Below, one piece after another: positions 42,311 through 55,961 of a stretch of 64,000 bases of DNA. This DNA is from Eledone cirrhosa. Lineage: Eukaryota. Location of the stretch: NCBI GenBank assembly GCA_964016885.1, contig OZ024740.1, positions 295,616,001-295,680,000 of the forward strand, read 5' to 3'. Each line of letters starts with the position of its first letter. Within the stretch, counting starts at the first letter, position 1. The notes beneath the pieces were generated by a model. The model was not told the DNA's origin. It made no database searches and saw nothing but the letters and a program-made list of their open reading frames with translations. A program made the position numbers and the translations under genes.

Positions 42311-42841
42311 ATCAAAAGTGTTCCTTATATTGCTCGGAAAGAGTTTTTGAGGTTAAATCCACATCAAGGTTCATTGCTCGCAAAAATAGCTTGTTTTGAT
42401 TTTGCAGCAGGTCAAGGGAGGTAACTCTGTCCGGTGTTAGGGCAGTCTTTCCCGGACAATTTTTTTTTTTTTTTGTTTTTTTTTGCCGTATCTGTTTGTC
42501 TGAGGCTGGGTCTGGTATGCAAGGATTGCATATATATATATATATATATATACATATATACACATGTATACATATATATACATATCATATTTACACATTT
42601 TTGGATGGCCGTTCACTCTTATGAGTTCTTTCGCCCTTTGTCAGGTTTTGCTTTTTGTCCTGCAGGGTGTCCAAAATCACTCTCCTCACCAAATAAACTT
42701 GGTGGTGTTACCGGTTCAGTCACCGACGACCCGACCATGCGACAGATTGTACTGGGTTACATGTTACCAGTAGCACTCAAGAGTGACCTGACATATATAC
42801 ATGCAACATACATACATAAATTCACGCATACATATATACAT

Positions 42842-42899
<58 letters not shown>

Positions 42900-42934
42900 A
42901 TGTATATATGTATGCGTGAATTATACTGTATATA

Positions 42935-43230
42935 TATATTAATAAAAGGAATTGGAATTCCTTTTATTAATATATATATAATTTGCAATTTTCAAGTTGA
43001 AAATTGCAAACTTGACTGTCACCACTGAATATGAACCTGAAGATTGTAAAAGCATGAAAGTACTTGTTCAATTAACATTTAATATTCTACCATACTATTT
43101 CATTATAATATCATTATAATTTTAAAGGATTGTAAATAAAACGAGTAAATCAGACAAAGTTGGAATTCCTTTTATTAATATAATCTTCTATACACAATCA
43201 TACACACTCGTGTATATTTATTTTTATAAA
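42935..43230 (+). mobile_element. Short hammerhead-bearing element (family K) preceded by a palindrome of its own terminus
   Basis: ttggaattccttttattaatat at 42952-42973 and 43160-43181, inverted at 42936-42953; 29-bp palindrome 42982-43010. Confidence 0.65.
43032..43070 (+). ncRNA. Minimal type-I hammerhead ribozyme
   Basis: TGAAC-CTGAAGA-t-TGT-aaaa-GCA-t-GAAA-GTAC-TT-GTTCA; perfect 5-bp stem I, palindromic stem III. Confidence 0.85.
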
Positions 43231-43483
43231 TCTATCTATATCTATCTATCTATCTATATATTTATATATATTTATATATATATATATAAGAGCCGAGACA
43301 CCGACGGCTGAGCTCTTGCCTTTGACTCAAAGGCGACGAGCCAAACTGATAACAACAGGCTACCACGATCGAGTCAGAAACAAAAGAACATATTTTTTTC
43401 TTCTGTTTTTTTTTCTTCTCTGCTTTTTTCATTAAGATCCTTTGAAATGTGTTTACCAGCATTCCTTTGGTATACAACTATTA

Positions 43484-43554
43484 TGCAATATACACCTGAT
43501 GATGTCACCAGGTTCATACGTAACCTGGTCAGTGAAATGTGCATCGAGTTTGCA
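43484..43554 (+). ncRNA. Type-I hammerhead ribozyme related to family G, within a TA-flanked ~330-bp element (43287-43615)
   Basis: tgcaa..ACAC-CTGATGA-tgtc-ACCAGGTT-catacgt-AACCTGGT-cagt-GAAA-TGTGCA-TC-GAGT..ttgca. Confidence 0.75.
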
Positions 43555-43609
43555 GAAATAAATATTTGAGGGAATTCAACTTGTCCAACTCCTGCCATTT
43601 TATATATTT

Positions 43610-45498
<1,889 letters not shown>

Positions 45499-45611
45499 GT
45501 ATATATATATATGTATGTATATATATATGTATATATGTATATATATGTATAAATATATGTATATATATATGTATATATATGTATATATTTATATATGTAT
45601 ATATATATATG

Positions 45612-45700
<89 letters not shown>

Positions 45701-45765
45701 GTATATATATATATGTATATATATATGTATATATATGTATATATATTTATGTATATATATATATG

Positions 45766-45898
<133 letters not shown>

Positions 45899-45949
45899 GT
45901 ATATATGTATATATATATATATGTATATATATATGTATATATGTATGTA

Positions 45950-45994
<45 letters not shown>

Positions 45995-46772
45995 TCATTA
46001 GTTAAGCAAAACAAGACCACAAATTTCACAAGGAAGACATTATTAAAAGATTGTCAACATATTTAGTTTGATGTAAGGAATGTAGAGAATAATAATAATA
46101 ATAATAATAATATTAATAATAATAATGCCCGTTTACAATTGTTTCGCTACTCCGTATAATATTTCTGGATCAGATGATTATGTATCATAATTGATCTGGT
46201 ACAGTTGAAAATAATTAACATATTTAAAAAAACAGAGTGGCTCATCGGAACTCAAAGGAATATAAATTAAAATAATGTTACATAATATAATGTTCCATAT
46301 ATTAGTTTTTACTATGCTGCCTTTGTTTCATCAGCTGTCAGCCATAATCAAGCAGTACTCATCTGTCGAGGCTGCATTGTGTGAGATCTGCCTATGGGTA
46401 ACAAGATGGCCTGCCAAAAGGCATATTTACCTTACTAATTAGAGGGTGGTTTCAGGGGAAGTAACTTCTCGAGAGATTAGAGATTGTGTGTATTTTATAG
46501 TTAAGTGTATTTAAATTATTTAATTGAGAGACAATGTAGTGGAGGTAACTTATAATTATCGAGTTGTTCATAGCAATTTAACTTATTAGCTACAATTAGA
46601 GATGGGGCTACATGACTAAGTTGGGTCAAAACTCTATTGGCGAAGGAATTAGCCCTTCGATGTTGACAGCTAATGGTTACCTCCGTTCTATCGTTAATTG
46701 GTAGAGGTCTTGATAGAGTTATGTAATACGCTTCCGTATATATATATATGTATATATATATGTATATATATG

Positions 46773-46803
<31 letters not shown>

Positions 46804-46804
46804 G

Positions 46805-46889
<85 letters not shown>

Positions 46890-46941
46890 GTATATATATA
46901 TGTATATATATATGTATATATATATATATGTATATATATAT

Positions 46942-47148
<207 letters not shown>

Positions 47149-47212
47149 TATACGTACACACACACACATATATATATATATACAGTATACATACACGCAT
47201 ATATATATACAG

Positions 47213-47248
<36 letters not shown>

Positions 47249-47402
47249 ATGTATATATATATATATACATACACACACACATATATATATACAGTATATA
47301 TATATACAGTATATATATATATACAGTATATATACAGTATATATATATATATATATACAGTATATATATATATATACAGCATATATATATATATATATAC
47401 AG

Positions 47403-47524
<122 letters not shown>

Positions 47525-47565
47525 ATATATATACATACACACACATATAAATATATATATATACA

Positions 47566-47614
<49 letters not shown>

Positions 47615-47630
47615 TAAATATATATATACA

Positions 47631-47665
<35 letters not shown>

Positions 47666-48386
47666 CACACACACACACACACATAAAAATATATATATAT
47701 ATATATATAAAGCACATAAACACACGCACACATACACACACGCATGCACACACGCTCGCGCGCGCACACGTATGCACGCACACACGCGCGCGCACACCCA
47801 CACACACATATATATATATTTACACCTTCGATGTATGCAGTAATCTAAGGTTGTGTGGTACGCTGCCGTACAATGAGATATAGGTCAAATATATTTTATG
47901 ACCGGATATGTCATAAAGAATAAAGCCGGTGAAACGACTATAATGTCTCCTTTAATAATCGTGTACCGGTAGACAGAGAGTCTGTCGAATGTCAACTCAC
48001 ACCTATATAGAACAAATAGTAACAAGAACTACCCCAGCAGCAACACTATAGAAATATCAACGTCTAGAACAAAAATATCAACAATAACATCGACCACTAT
48101 AAAGGAGTAATAATAATATAACATTAACAATAATAAAACGAAGTAAAATAAAAAGAAATGTTTGCTTCGTTAGCACGAAAGTAGATAATAGTTGATGTTG
48201 TCAGTTCCTCTCGCTTCAGATACAATATAAACAGACGACCGACCTATCATCTGCGGGAACACTTATTATACGTTGTTTTGAAATGAATGTATTAAGTTGT
48301 GGAGAGTACAACAGTGGGAATTTTCTATTGCCTTTGACTGTCTAACAAGCAGTTCTACACCTTATTTGGTAAATGCTTAAAGAATA

Positions 48387-48630
48387 AACTTTTACTATAA
48401 GCAAGCGCTAGTCCACAAAAGCATCGACTTAATGTTTACTACAAGCGTTTGACCACACGGCCATCAACTTAACGTTTATTGCAAACGGTTGACTACACAG
48501 CCATCAACTTAACGTTTACTATAAACGCTTGACTACACAGCCATCAACTTAACGTTTATTATAAGCGCTTGACCACACAGCCACCAACTTAACGTTTACT
48601 ATAAGCGCTTGTCTACACAGACTTTAACTT
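48387..48630. repeat. 40-bp minisatellite, ~6 copies
   Basis: cca(t/c)caacttaacgttta at 48461, 48501, 48541, 48581. Confidence 0.9.
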
Positions 48631-48867
48631 CGGTAATACAACTTTAATATATTATGTATTAATCAATTATAAATCCTTGTATTTATTGAATAAAAGTTAT
48701 GCAATGTTGAAAATATATATTTAAAAAAAAGGATAAAATCTTAATTAAGTAATGAAAAAAAAAATAAAGTTGCGAAAGGGCAAAGAAAGGCAGATCTGGC
48801 TAATATGGAAGTTTTGAAATGTAATATTTTAGAACTAATATTGCAAGAATATTGACTACTCGAGGTT

Positions 48868-48903
<36 letters not shown>

Positions 48904-49171
48904 ACACGCACATACACACACTCATACATACGCACAAACACAGACACTGACATACATACACGGACACTCACACATACACACACACATACACACACACATA
49001 CACACACAAACACACACAGACACTCACACATACACACACAGACACTCACACACACACACACACACATTCGTACGCACTCATACACACACTCCACGCATAC
49101 ACACTCCCGTTTTCTTTTTTGCTTTTATAAATTCTGTAAAAGCCTTATTCAAAATTGTTGTTAATCTTTTG

Positions 49172-49263
49172 ATTTGCCTTTCATCCTTACGGGGTCGATA
49201 AAATAAAGTACCAGTAATGTACTGGGTAATTGCTGACCTTGTGCCAATAGTAGAAACAATTAT
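49172..49263 (+). mobile_element. SINE 3' half
   Basis: gcctttcatccttacggggtcgataaaataaagtaccagtaat..tagaaacaatta. Confidence 0.85.
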
Positions 49264-51263
49264 TGAACAGACAACGACCATCACATTTATTCTATATCGA
49301 AGACTATATTGTCCATTATACAACCAAACACTCCGTCTTTGGCTCAATACTATTCAAAGTTCTTTAGTAATAGGTCAAACCCCTTTGAGCAGACCTATAA
49401 TCAAAGACCTTCCAACAATGATCATTACGCTGTACACCCTATCAATCACTATACCATCATTTTTAGAATTTGGGGAAGATTTCGCATGTATTTCTTGCAG
49501 ATTGAGTGCTTATATGGGGGTTCCCTTGAAAGGTGATTGGTAAGAGTATTCACAAAAGTTGTACAGCGTGGAAACTGACTTTAGGCCTGAATTTGAGAAA
49601 TATTGGGCGTTTTAAAGTTGCATTATGCACACACAAAGGCACATTTTCACTCAATGGTTTTACTTTCTGGGGTAACCTACGCTTGGTGTCAAGCACCTGC
49701 CAGTGAGTGACAGTGAAAAACTTCTTTCATATGTACGCTGTGCCGTTTGCTGTACAAGCTGTAGCACAACCTTTTGTAAACTGCTTCAGGTGTTGCAAAT
49801 CAGACACACAAATAAAAATTATAACCACAAAAAAGAAAAAAAGAAAGAAAAAAAGCAAACACCACAATGTGTAACATATATACACAGACACTAATGCAAA
49901 CTATATTGAAGTGGAAAGAAGAGAAATATATTTTGAGAAAGAAAAAAAAGCATTTTCTCAAATGCTGCAATGTTGTTGAAATCCATAGAAATTCGAATAA
50001 AAAGCTGAGTAACTATAACATAAGCAGTTATTCAATTGAACGAAAACTATTCAGAATCTCCAGAGCAGAAAAGTTTTTTTATTGCAGTATAATTTCTTTT
50101 ATTCACTCGATTTTCTAATATTATTCATTTGCTTTTTGCTTTATATTCATTTTAAATCTATATCAATCTTTTGGGGTCTTAGATTCGTTATTTCTATTTA
50201 TTCTATCTACATGTTTATTACACTCTACATAGAACATAGTTTCTTTTTTATTCCACTAAAACTTAGTTAAATACTAAATATGTTGCACCTTTGGCTGTGG
50301 CTTGTAATCATTTATAAATGTCTGTTGTTTTATTTTAACGAAAGGAAATGAAGTGTTGATAGGGTGAAAACTTCAGTATGTGTTGTAACAGCTATTTTTT
50401 CAGGAATTTTACACCACGGGGATGGGGTATGGAATATCTTTCAACTAACAAACATGAACATTATTTTCAATATTTACAAGTAGATATGTTTGTCACCAAT
50501 AAATAAATCAAAACGAAATAAAAGAATAAATATTTGTATAATTATGTTTATGATTACTTTAAAAAACTTAAAAGTTGATTGGGAAATAGCTTTAATTTTA
50601 GAGTTGTGTGTGTTGTAATAGAACAAATATGTACAAGACAATCTGTATCCAACAACAACCTATTGAAAAAATAACTTTGCAATTCTCATCGATTCTTTCA
50701 GTACACGTAAATTTTCAGACTAAATTTCTTAAATGTTAAATATAAATTGATTTGTCTTTTATTGATTTTTTATATTTTGTACAGCAGTTTCAAAGATATT
50801 CAGTTCGATTTTCTAATTCAATAGTTCTGGTCTGGTCTAGTCTGCTCTGGTGTCTTCCTATTTTCATTACTGAGGATCGGAGACCATGGACAATCTATAT
50901 GTCCATGATTCTCGTCGGGAAAAATATTGACATTGGAAGCCGGCTATCGAGCCACAGCTTATCCGCCTTCATAACAAGGGTAAATCCAACAGCCTCTTGA
51001 GAGATTGTCAGCTGACTAAGGAATCCCATTTACCCCAGCTTTGATATCGGGTGATCTTTCTCCTAGACATACTGCCAGCCAAGGCTACCGAGTTCTGTCT
51101 CTTACGCCTCTAGTGTTCTTGGAAAAAAACAAGCTATTCCCTTTCAATTTCTGTAAAGTATAAAGGTCTTTCTCAGAGGAAGTTAATTACAAATAAATTT
51201 TATGGAAAATAAATATATCTTTGAAACTCGTTTAGCTAAATCTGAGTTATGATTACACACACT

Positions 51264-51320
<57 letters not shown>

Positions 51321-51524
51321 ATATTTGGGGAGGGTCATATTTGCGTAATATTGCCAGAATTAATAACAGAACACACTCACTGTTTGGTTGGTTTTCGCTT
51401 CTCGCTGTCTTTTATATATATATATCTGCGATCTAACTTACTCGGTCCTCAATGTTGCCATTGACTGACCGGCGGTCAAAAATAATACAGATACAATATA
51501 GACAAACACATATATATATAGTTT

Positions 51525-51566
51525 ACATAAATCTTTCGTTGCACATCTGCAACATCGTCAGTGGTG
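51525..51566 (-). ncRNA. Hammerhead ribozyme (family A, downstream pLTR)
   Basis: CA-CTGACGA-t-GTTGCA-gatg-TGCAAC-GAAA-GATT-TA-TG. Confidence 0.78.
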
Positions 51567-51833
51567 TTATATTCATTGTTCCTCCTGTTGTGTTGTATGT
51601 CTACGCCATTTTTTTTGTTCAGTCTGTCTATATATTTATTTATTTATTTGCTTGTTTGTTTATCTTATTTTATTTTGTCTTCTTTGCGCATGCGTTTGCG
51701 TGTGTGTATAGTGTTATGTGTGATGTGTGACTAGTGTGTATCGTGTTGTGTCTGCTGGGTGACTAGTGTGTGTTTATGTGCTTGTGTATGTATTTATTTA
51801 TCTTATTTTATTTAATTTAATTTACTTATTTAT

Positions 51834-54800
51834 TTATACTTCTCTTAGGTCAGTGTTGTTTGTTTGGGTGTTGTTGTTGTTCCACTCATTCTTTCTGTTT
51901 AGCTTTGGTTTTCTAATTTCTATTTCACTGGCCTCTCTGATTTGCCTATCTGCTGGGTCATTCCTATGTTTAGATATTATTCTAATTTCTATGTTGTCTA
52001 TGTTACCGTCATGATGTTGTCTAGCATGTTCGTATAGTACTGACCCGTTTTTTCGTCCTTTTAGTTCCCCCCAGTGTTGGTCTATCCTTTCACCTATGCT
52101 ACGAGCTGTCTCACCTATGTATGTTGTTGTCGTGTTTCTGCAAGTACCCTCTGTACATCTTATGCTATAGACTACGTTTCTAGTTTTACAGTTTATCCGG
52201 GGGTTCACCTTACATATGATACATTTCCTATTGGTACAGTGGGTTTTCTTAAAAGGGTAGGTTTTGCTGATCAGGGATTTTATGGTGGTTCCTGGCTTTT
52301 CTACCACCTTTATTTTTAAGTGGGTCTTTCTCAGGGCCTTTCTACACTGGTTAGCTAATTTCCCTCCAGGGGTGGCGTCCACAAACATGACACTCTGATA
52401 TCTCTGGTTGTCGTACCATGATGTGGCCTTCCCTATCTTATGTCTAGCCCTATCTAAGCTATTCCATGATTTGCTCCTGTATAGTGGGCAAATTCCTTTC
52501 ATGTCCAGTTCTATGAGGGTCTTATACTTTTCCATGGCTCCTTCGTATACTCTGACTCTGTCTCTTTGGTTGTAGCCAGAGAACTGCATGCGGTTGATGA
52601 AGTGTTGGATGTGTCCTTCCATTTCTGTTGGGTCGCACATGCTGGACACATTCTTCATCACTCGTACCAAATCTGCGATCAGAATATTAAACTTAGCACT
52701 ACTGGACATTGCTGAGTTTTTGAGTATCAGGTATTTGGAGGCCATGGGTTTAGCATAGTGTGAGTGGAGAATTTGGGCTCTCTCGTCTATAGTGTTAATC
52801 CAGAGTTCTGTGTCTAATACAGGTAGTCTATTGTTAGGGTGTTTGGAAGGGAAGTCTATAGTTACAGTTATACTCTGGTGTATGGAATTAGCTATCTGCT
52901 GGATGCTTTCCATCGTGCTACGTTCTAAATCAAACTTGTTAGTGCTCTCTAGTGGGGGTGTTCTTATAACTATATTGATATCGTCTACATAACGAGAGTA
53001 CATGATGAGGTCTATGGAGCTTTCATTAAGGAGATCTTTAAGTCTCCTTTCCCACCATACCATGAAAAGGTTGGCAACATCGCCAGCTATGCTGACGCCG
53101 ATGGCTGCTCCCTCATTTTGGGTGTAGATTTTCTCATTGAACTTAAATATGTGGCCCTTTAGGGTAGTTTTGATACTAGCCCCTATTGCATGTGCGACCA
53201 TTTTTCTTACCTGATCAGTGTTTTGGGGGGTCCGTATAGCTTTGGTCCACCCAATCCACCTTCCTATGGGAGTCTTTTTAGCCATTGAGGTTATGGTGGG
53301 GGGTCTACCTCTTATAGGTCTACTAGGGCAGAAACATCTAAGGTCATGGCTGTCTAGGTAGTCAGTGTCGTAGGTAAGTCTAAGTAGGAGGCCTAGTTCG
53401 TCTGTGTCGACGTCGCAGAACTCCACCTCACTCTCAATGATCATCTCCACACATCTTTTCACAGCAAAATCAATGTTAATGGATGGGTACAGTGACACCA
53501 CATCCATGCTGCCTATTATGCAGTTGGATAGGCTCCTGTTTTTGTTGCACTCACTGATTCTGCTGAGGAGGTCCTCTGTACTTTCACATACATCTGGGGA
53601 CATCTTGATTATGGGGCGTATAACCATTGAGAGGAAGTAGGAGATCCTGTAGTTGCTAGCTATATTAGCTCCGCATACAGGTCTTGTTGGTGGTCCTATT
53701 GTCGGGTCGTCGACTGTCTTGTGGTCTTTGCGGAGCCCATACAAGGGTGGTATGCCATTGTTAGACGCCTGGAAGTTGTTGGCAGTGCGTCTGCTTGGCT
53801 TTAGGATGTCAGTCCACATCATCATGTGAGCGTTGAGGATTTTTTCTCTCCCATCGTGTGTTAGTTGTGCAACTTCGCTCGTGTTGGTGATGTGGGGTTG
53901 CATTGCCTCGATGTAGTTCGGCATGCTATCTATTGACATCCTACCAGACTTATCTGTGGGTAGACACACTACCTCACCATCCCTTGTGCGCTGCTTGAGG
54001 CTAACCAAGCCTTCTACAGGTTTTATCCCAAGTTGTTGGGCCTCTGGTCTGCTCTGTCTCATAGTGTACCTGTCTACTACTTGTCTAATCTTATTTCTAG
54101 CTATGGTGAACTGTGCCTCCGTCTCGTCATCTATTTGTTGTGGTATGCAAACTCTTTTATTAAAGGGTAACCTCGTAGGATAGATATTACCCATCTTATA
54201 TGTTTTGTCAGCTGGGTTGAAAAATAGTTTCTCTAAGGGGTTGTCGTTATTTCTATCGTCATAGTTGTGTGTGTTGCTATTATTGTTATCATGGTGGTTG
54301 TTGTTGTTTCTATCCTTAGCATTAATATTATTATTGTTATGATTGCTAGATGTATTGTTGTTTACTTCACCGTTATTGTTGTTGTTGTTACTGCTATTTC
54401 TACCATTGTGGTTGTTACTATTATTATGTTTCTTGTTTTTGTTGATGTTGCTACATGTACTATTTCCATTATTACCACTGTGGTTATTGTTGTTGTTGTT
54501 GTTCGTATTGTTACCGTTATTACTACTGTGGTCACTGTTGCTGTGTCTGTGGTTAACGTTTCTATTATTATTATTATTGTGGTTGTTGTTGTTCTGTCTA
54601 TCGCTAGTATTATTACCATTATCACTATTTCTCACTTTCCTGCCATTGTTATGGTTATGGCTGTTATTTCTATACCCAGAGTTATTGTTTATATTACTAC
54701 TACCGTTATTATTGTTGTTGTTGTTTACCTTTGCATTCCAACGTATTTTTGTGAAACACTTTTCCAGCTCCGTTTTGCATTCCATAGGATTAATCTTTTT

Positions 54801-55466
54801 GTAGATGGCAAATTTTGGTGGTAACTTTAGGATTTGTTGTTCTTGTTCACTGATTAAAGTGTTCCCATAGATATTTACTGTGTGGTCATTGGTAAATTCT
54901 TCCGGTAGTTTTACATCACTCATACGGATGTTGTCGATGTTATCTGGGTATTTTTGAGAATATTCGATTTTCCTTTCTTGTAGTTTTTTCTTATTCATCC
55001 ATTCTAATTTCTTCTTGAAATGCCTACAGCATTCGTTTTGAGCATATTTCGTTTCGCGTCGGATGACGCTCATGAAGTCATCTCTCTCGTTTGCTGTGAT
55101 GAGATTTCGGATTTCCTTACCGTTGATGCGTTTTTGTCTGTAGAGTGCGTTGACTTTTGTGTATGTTGTTCTTTTCATATTAACTGTTATTGTGTGTTTT
55201 AGCCGTTCAGCTTGTGTTTTGTTCAATAATAAATTATTTACTTGTTTTGATATGTTTGTTGTGTATGTTTTGGAGGAAACACAGTGTTTTAAGAAGCGGA
55301 TTTGTTCTGTTGTTATTGTAGTTTTTATATAACAGAAAACAGTGTCTTTCAATAACCTTTCAGCTTGGCACAAGCTAATGCCATAGCGGCGATGAATTAG
55401 TTTTGCGAGGTTTTTTATATGAAATCGTGTGTCGAAACAGATATTGTTATATTTGGGGAGGGTCAT
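51834..55466 (-). CDS. Intact PLE polyprotein, 1210 aa: N-terminal domain, Asn-rich insert, RT, C-terminal GIY-YIG endonuclease
   Basis: PTDKSG, RPV, SMDVVSLYPSI, Q.EG.AIG, SRYVDDI, VLD, C....C..C linker, VVY..YIGET.R...R...H, RQIREA, PKLNRK.EW. Confidence 0.95.
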   Translation of the reverse strand: MTLPKYNNICFDTRFHIKNLAKLIHRRYGISLCQAERLLKDTVFCYIKTTITTEQIRFLKHCVSSKTYTTNISKQVNNLLLNKTQAERLKHTITVNMKRTTYTKVNALYRQKRINGKEIRNLITANERDDFMSVIRRETKYAQNECCRHFKKKLEWMNKKKLQERKIEYSQKYPDNIDNIRMSDVKLPEEFTNDHTVNIYGNTLISEQEQQILKLPPKFAIYKKINPMECKTELEKCFTKIRWNAKVNNNNNNNGSSNINNNSGYRNNSHNHNNGRKVRNSDNGNNTSDRQNNNNHNNNNNRNVNHRHSNSDHSSNNGNNTNNNNNNNHSGNNGNSTCSNINKNKKHNNSNNHNGRNSSNNNNNNGEVNNNTSSNHNNNNINAKDRNNNNHHDNNNSNTHNYDDRNNDNPLEKLFFNPADKTYKMGNIYPTRLPFNKRVCIPQQIDDETEAQFTIARNKIRQVVDRYTMRQSRPEAQQLGIKPVEGLVSLKQRTRDGEVVCLPTDKSGRMSIDSMPNYIEAMQPHITNTSEVAQLTHDGREKILNAHMMMWTDILKPSRRTANNFQASNNGIPPLYGLRKDHKTVDDPTIGPPTRPVCGANIASNYRISYFLSMVIRPIIKMSPDVCESTEDLLSRISECNKNRSLSNCIIGSMDVVSLYPSINIDFAVKRCVEMIIESEVEFCDVDTDELGLLLRLTYDTDYLDSHDLRCFCPSRPIRGRPPTITSMAKKTPIGRWIGWTKAIRTPQNTDQVRKMVAHAIGASIKTTLKGHIFKFNEKIYTQNEGAAIGVSIAGDVANLFMVWWERRLKDLLNESSIDLIMYSRYVDDINIVIRTPPLESTNKFDLERSTMESIQQIANSIHQSITVTIDFPSKHPNNRLPVLDTELWINTIDERAQILHSHYAKPMASKYLILKNSAMSSSAKFNILIADLVRVMKNVSSMCDPTEMEGHIQHFINRMQFSGYNQRDRVRVYEGAMEKYKTLIELDMKGICPLYRSKSWNSLDRARHKIGKATSWYDNQRYQSVMFVDATPGGKLANQCRKALRKTHLKIKVVEKPGTTIKSLISKTYPFKKTHCTNRKCIICKVNPRINCKTRNVVYSIRCTEGTCRNTTTTYIGETARSIGERIDQHWGELKGRKNGSVLYEHARQHHDGNIDNIEIRIISKHRNDPADRQIREASEIEIRKPKLNRKNEWNNNNTQTNNTDLREV

Positions 55467-55652
55467 ATTTGCGTAATATTGCCAGAATTAATAACAGAAC
55501 ACACTCACTGTTTGGTTGGTTTTCGCTTCTCGCTGTCTTTTATATATATATATCTGCGATCTAACTTACTCGGTCCTCAATGTTGCCATTGACTGACCGG
55601 CGGTCAAAAATAATACAGATACAATATAGACAAACACATATATATATAGTTT

Positions 55653-55694
55653 ACATAAATCTTTCGTTGCACATCTGCAACATCGTCAGTGGTG
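55653..55694 (-). ncRNA. Hammerhead ribozyme (family A, upstream pLTR)
   Basis: Identical motif 4128 bp from the first. Confidence 0.78.
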
Positions 55695-55729
55695 TTATAT
55701 TCATTGTTCCTCCTGTTGTGTTGTATGTC

Positions 55730-55823
55730 TACGCCATTTTTTTTGTTCAGTCTGTCTATATATTTATTTATTTATTTGCTTGTTTGTTTATCTTATTTTA
55801 TTTTGTCTTCTTTGCGCATGCGT
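55730..55823 (-). promoter_or_regulatory. Candidate pLTR promoter: NRF1-like and YY1-like motifs
   Basis: CGCATGCGCA followed by AAAATGGCG upstream of the hammerhead and ATG; both motifs conserved in family B. Confidence 0.4.
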
Positions 55824-55961
55824 TTGCGTGTGTGTATAGTGTTATGTGTGATGTGTGACTAGTGTGTATCGTGTTGTGTCTGCTGGGTGACTAGTGTGTG
55901 TTTATGTGCTTGTGTATGTATTTATTTATCTTATTTTATTTAATTTAATTTACTTATTTAT

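Noticed and set aside
48387-48630. CRISPR-like periodicity
   Set aside because: Units are contiguous and similar along their full length, with no unique spacers or cas genes, in eukaryotic context.
54267-54824. Hydrophobic plus-strand ORFs (185 and 153 aa)
   Set aside because: Antisense reading of the Asn-rich AAC/AAT segment.
51834-55466. Selenoprotein recoding, reported for some Naiad PLEs
   Set aside because: The 1210-aa ORF has no in-frame TGA and ends in TAA.
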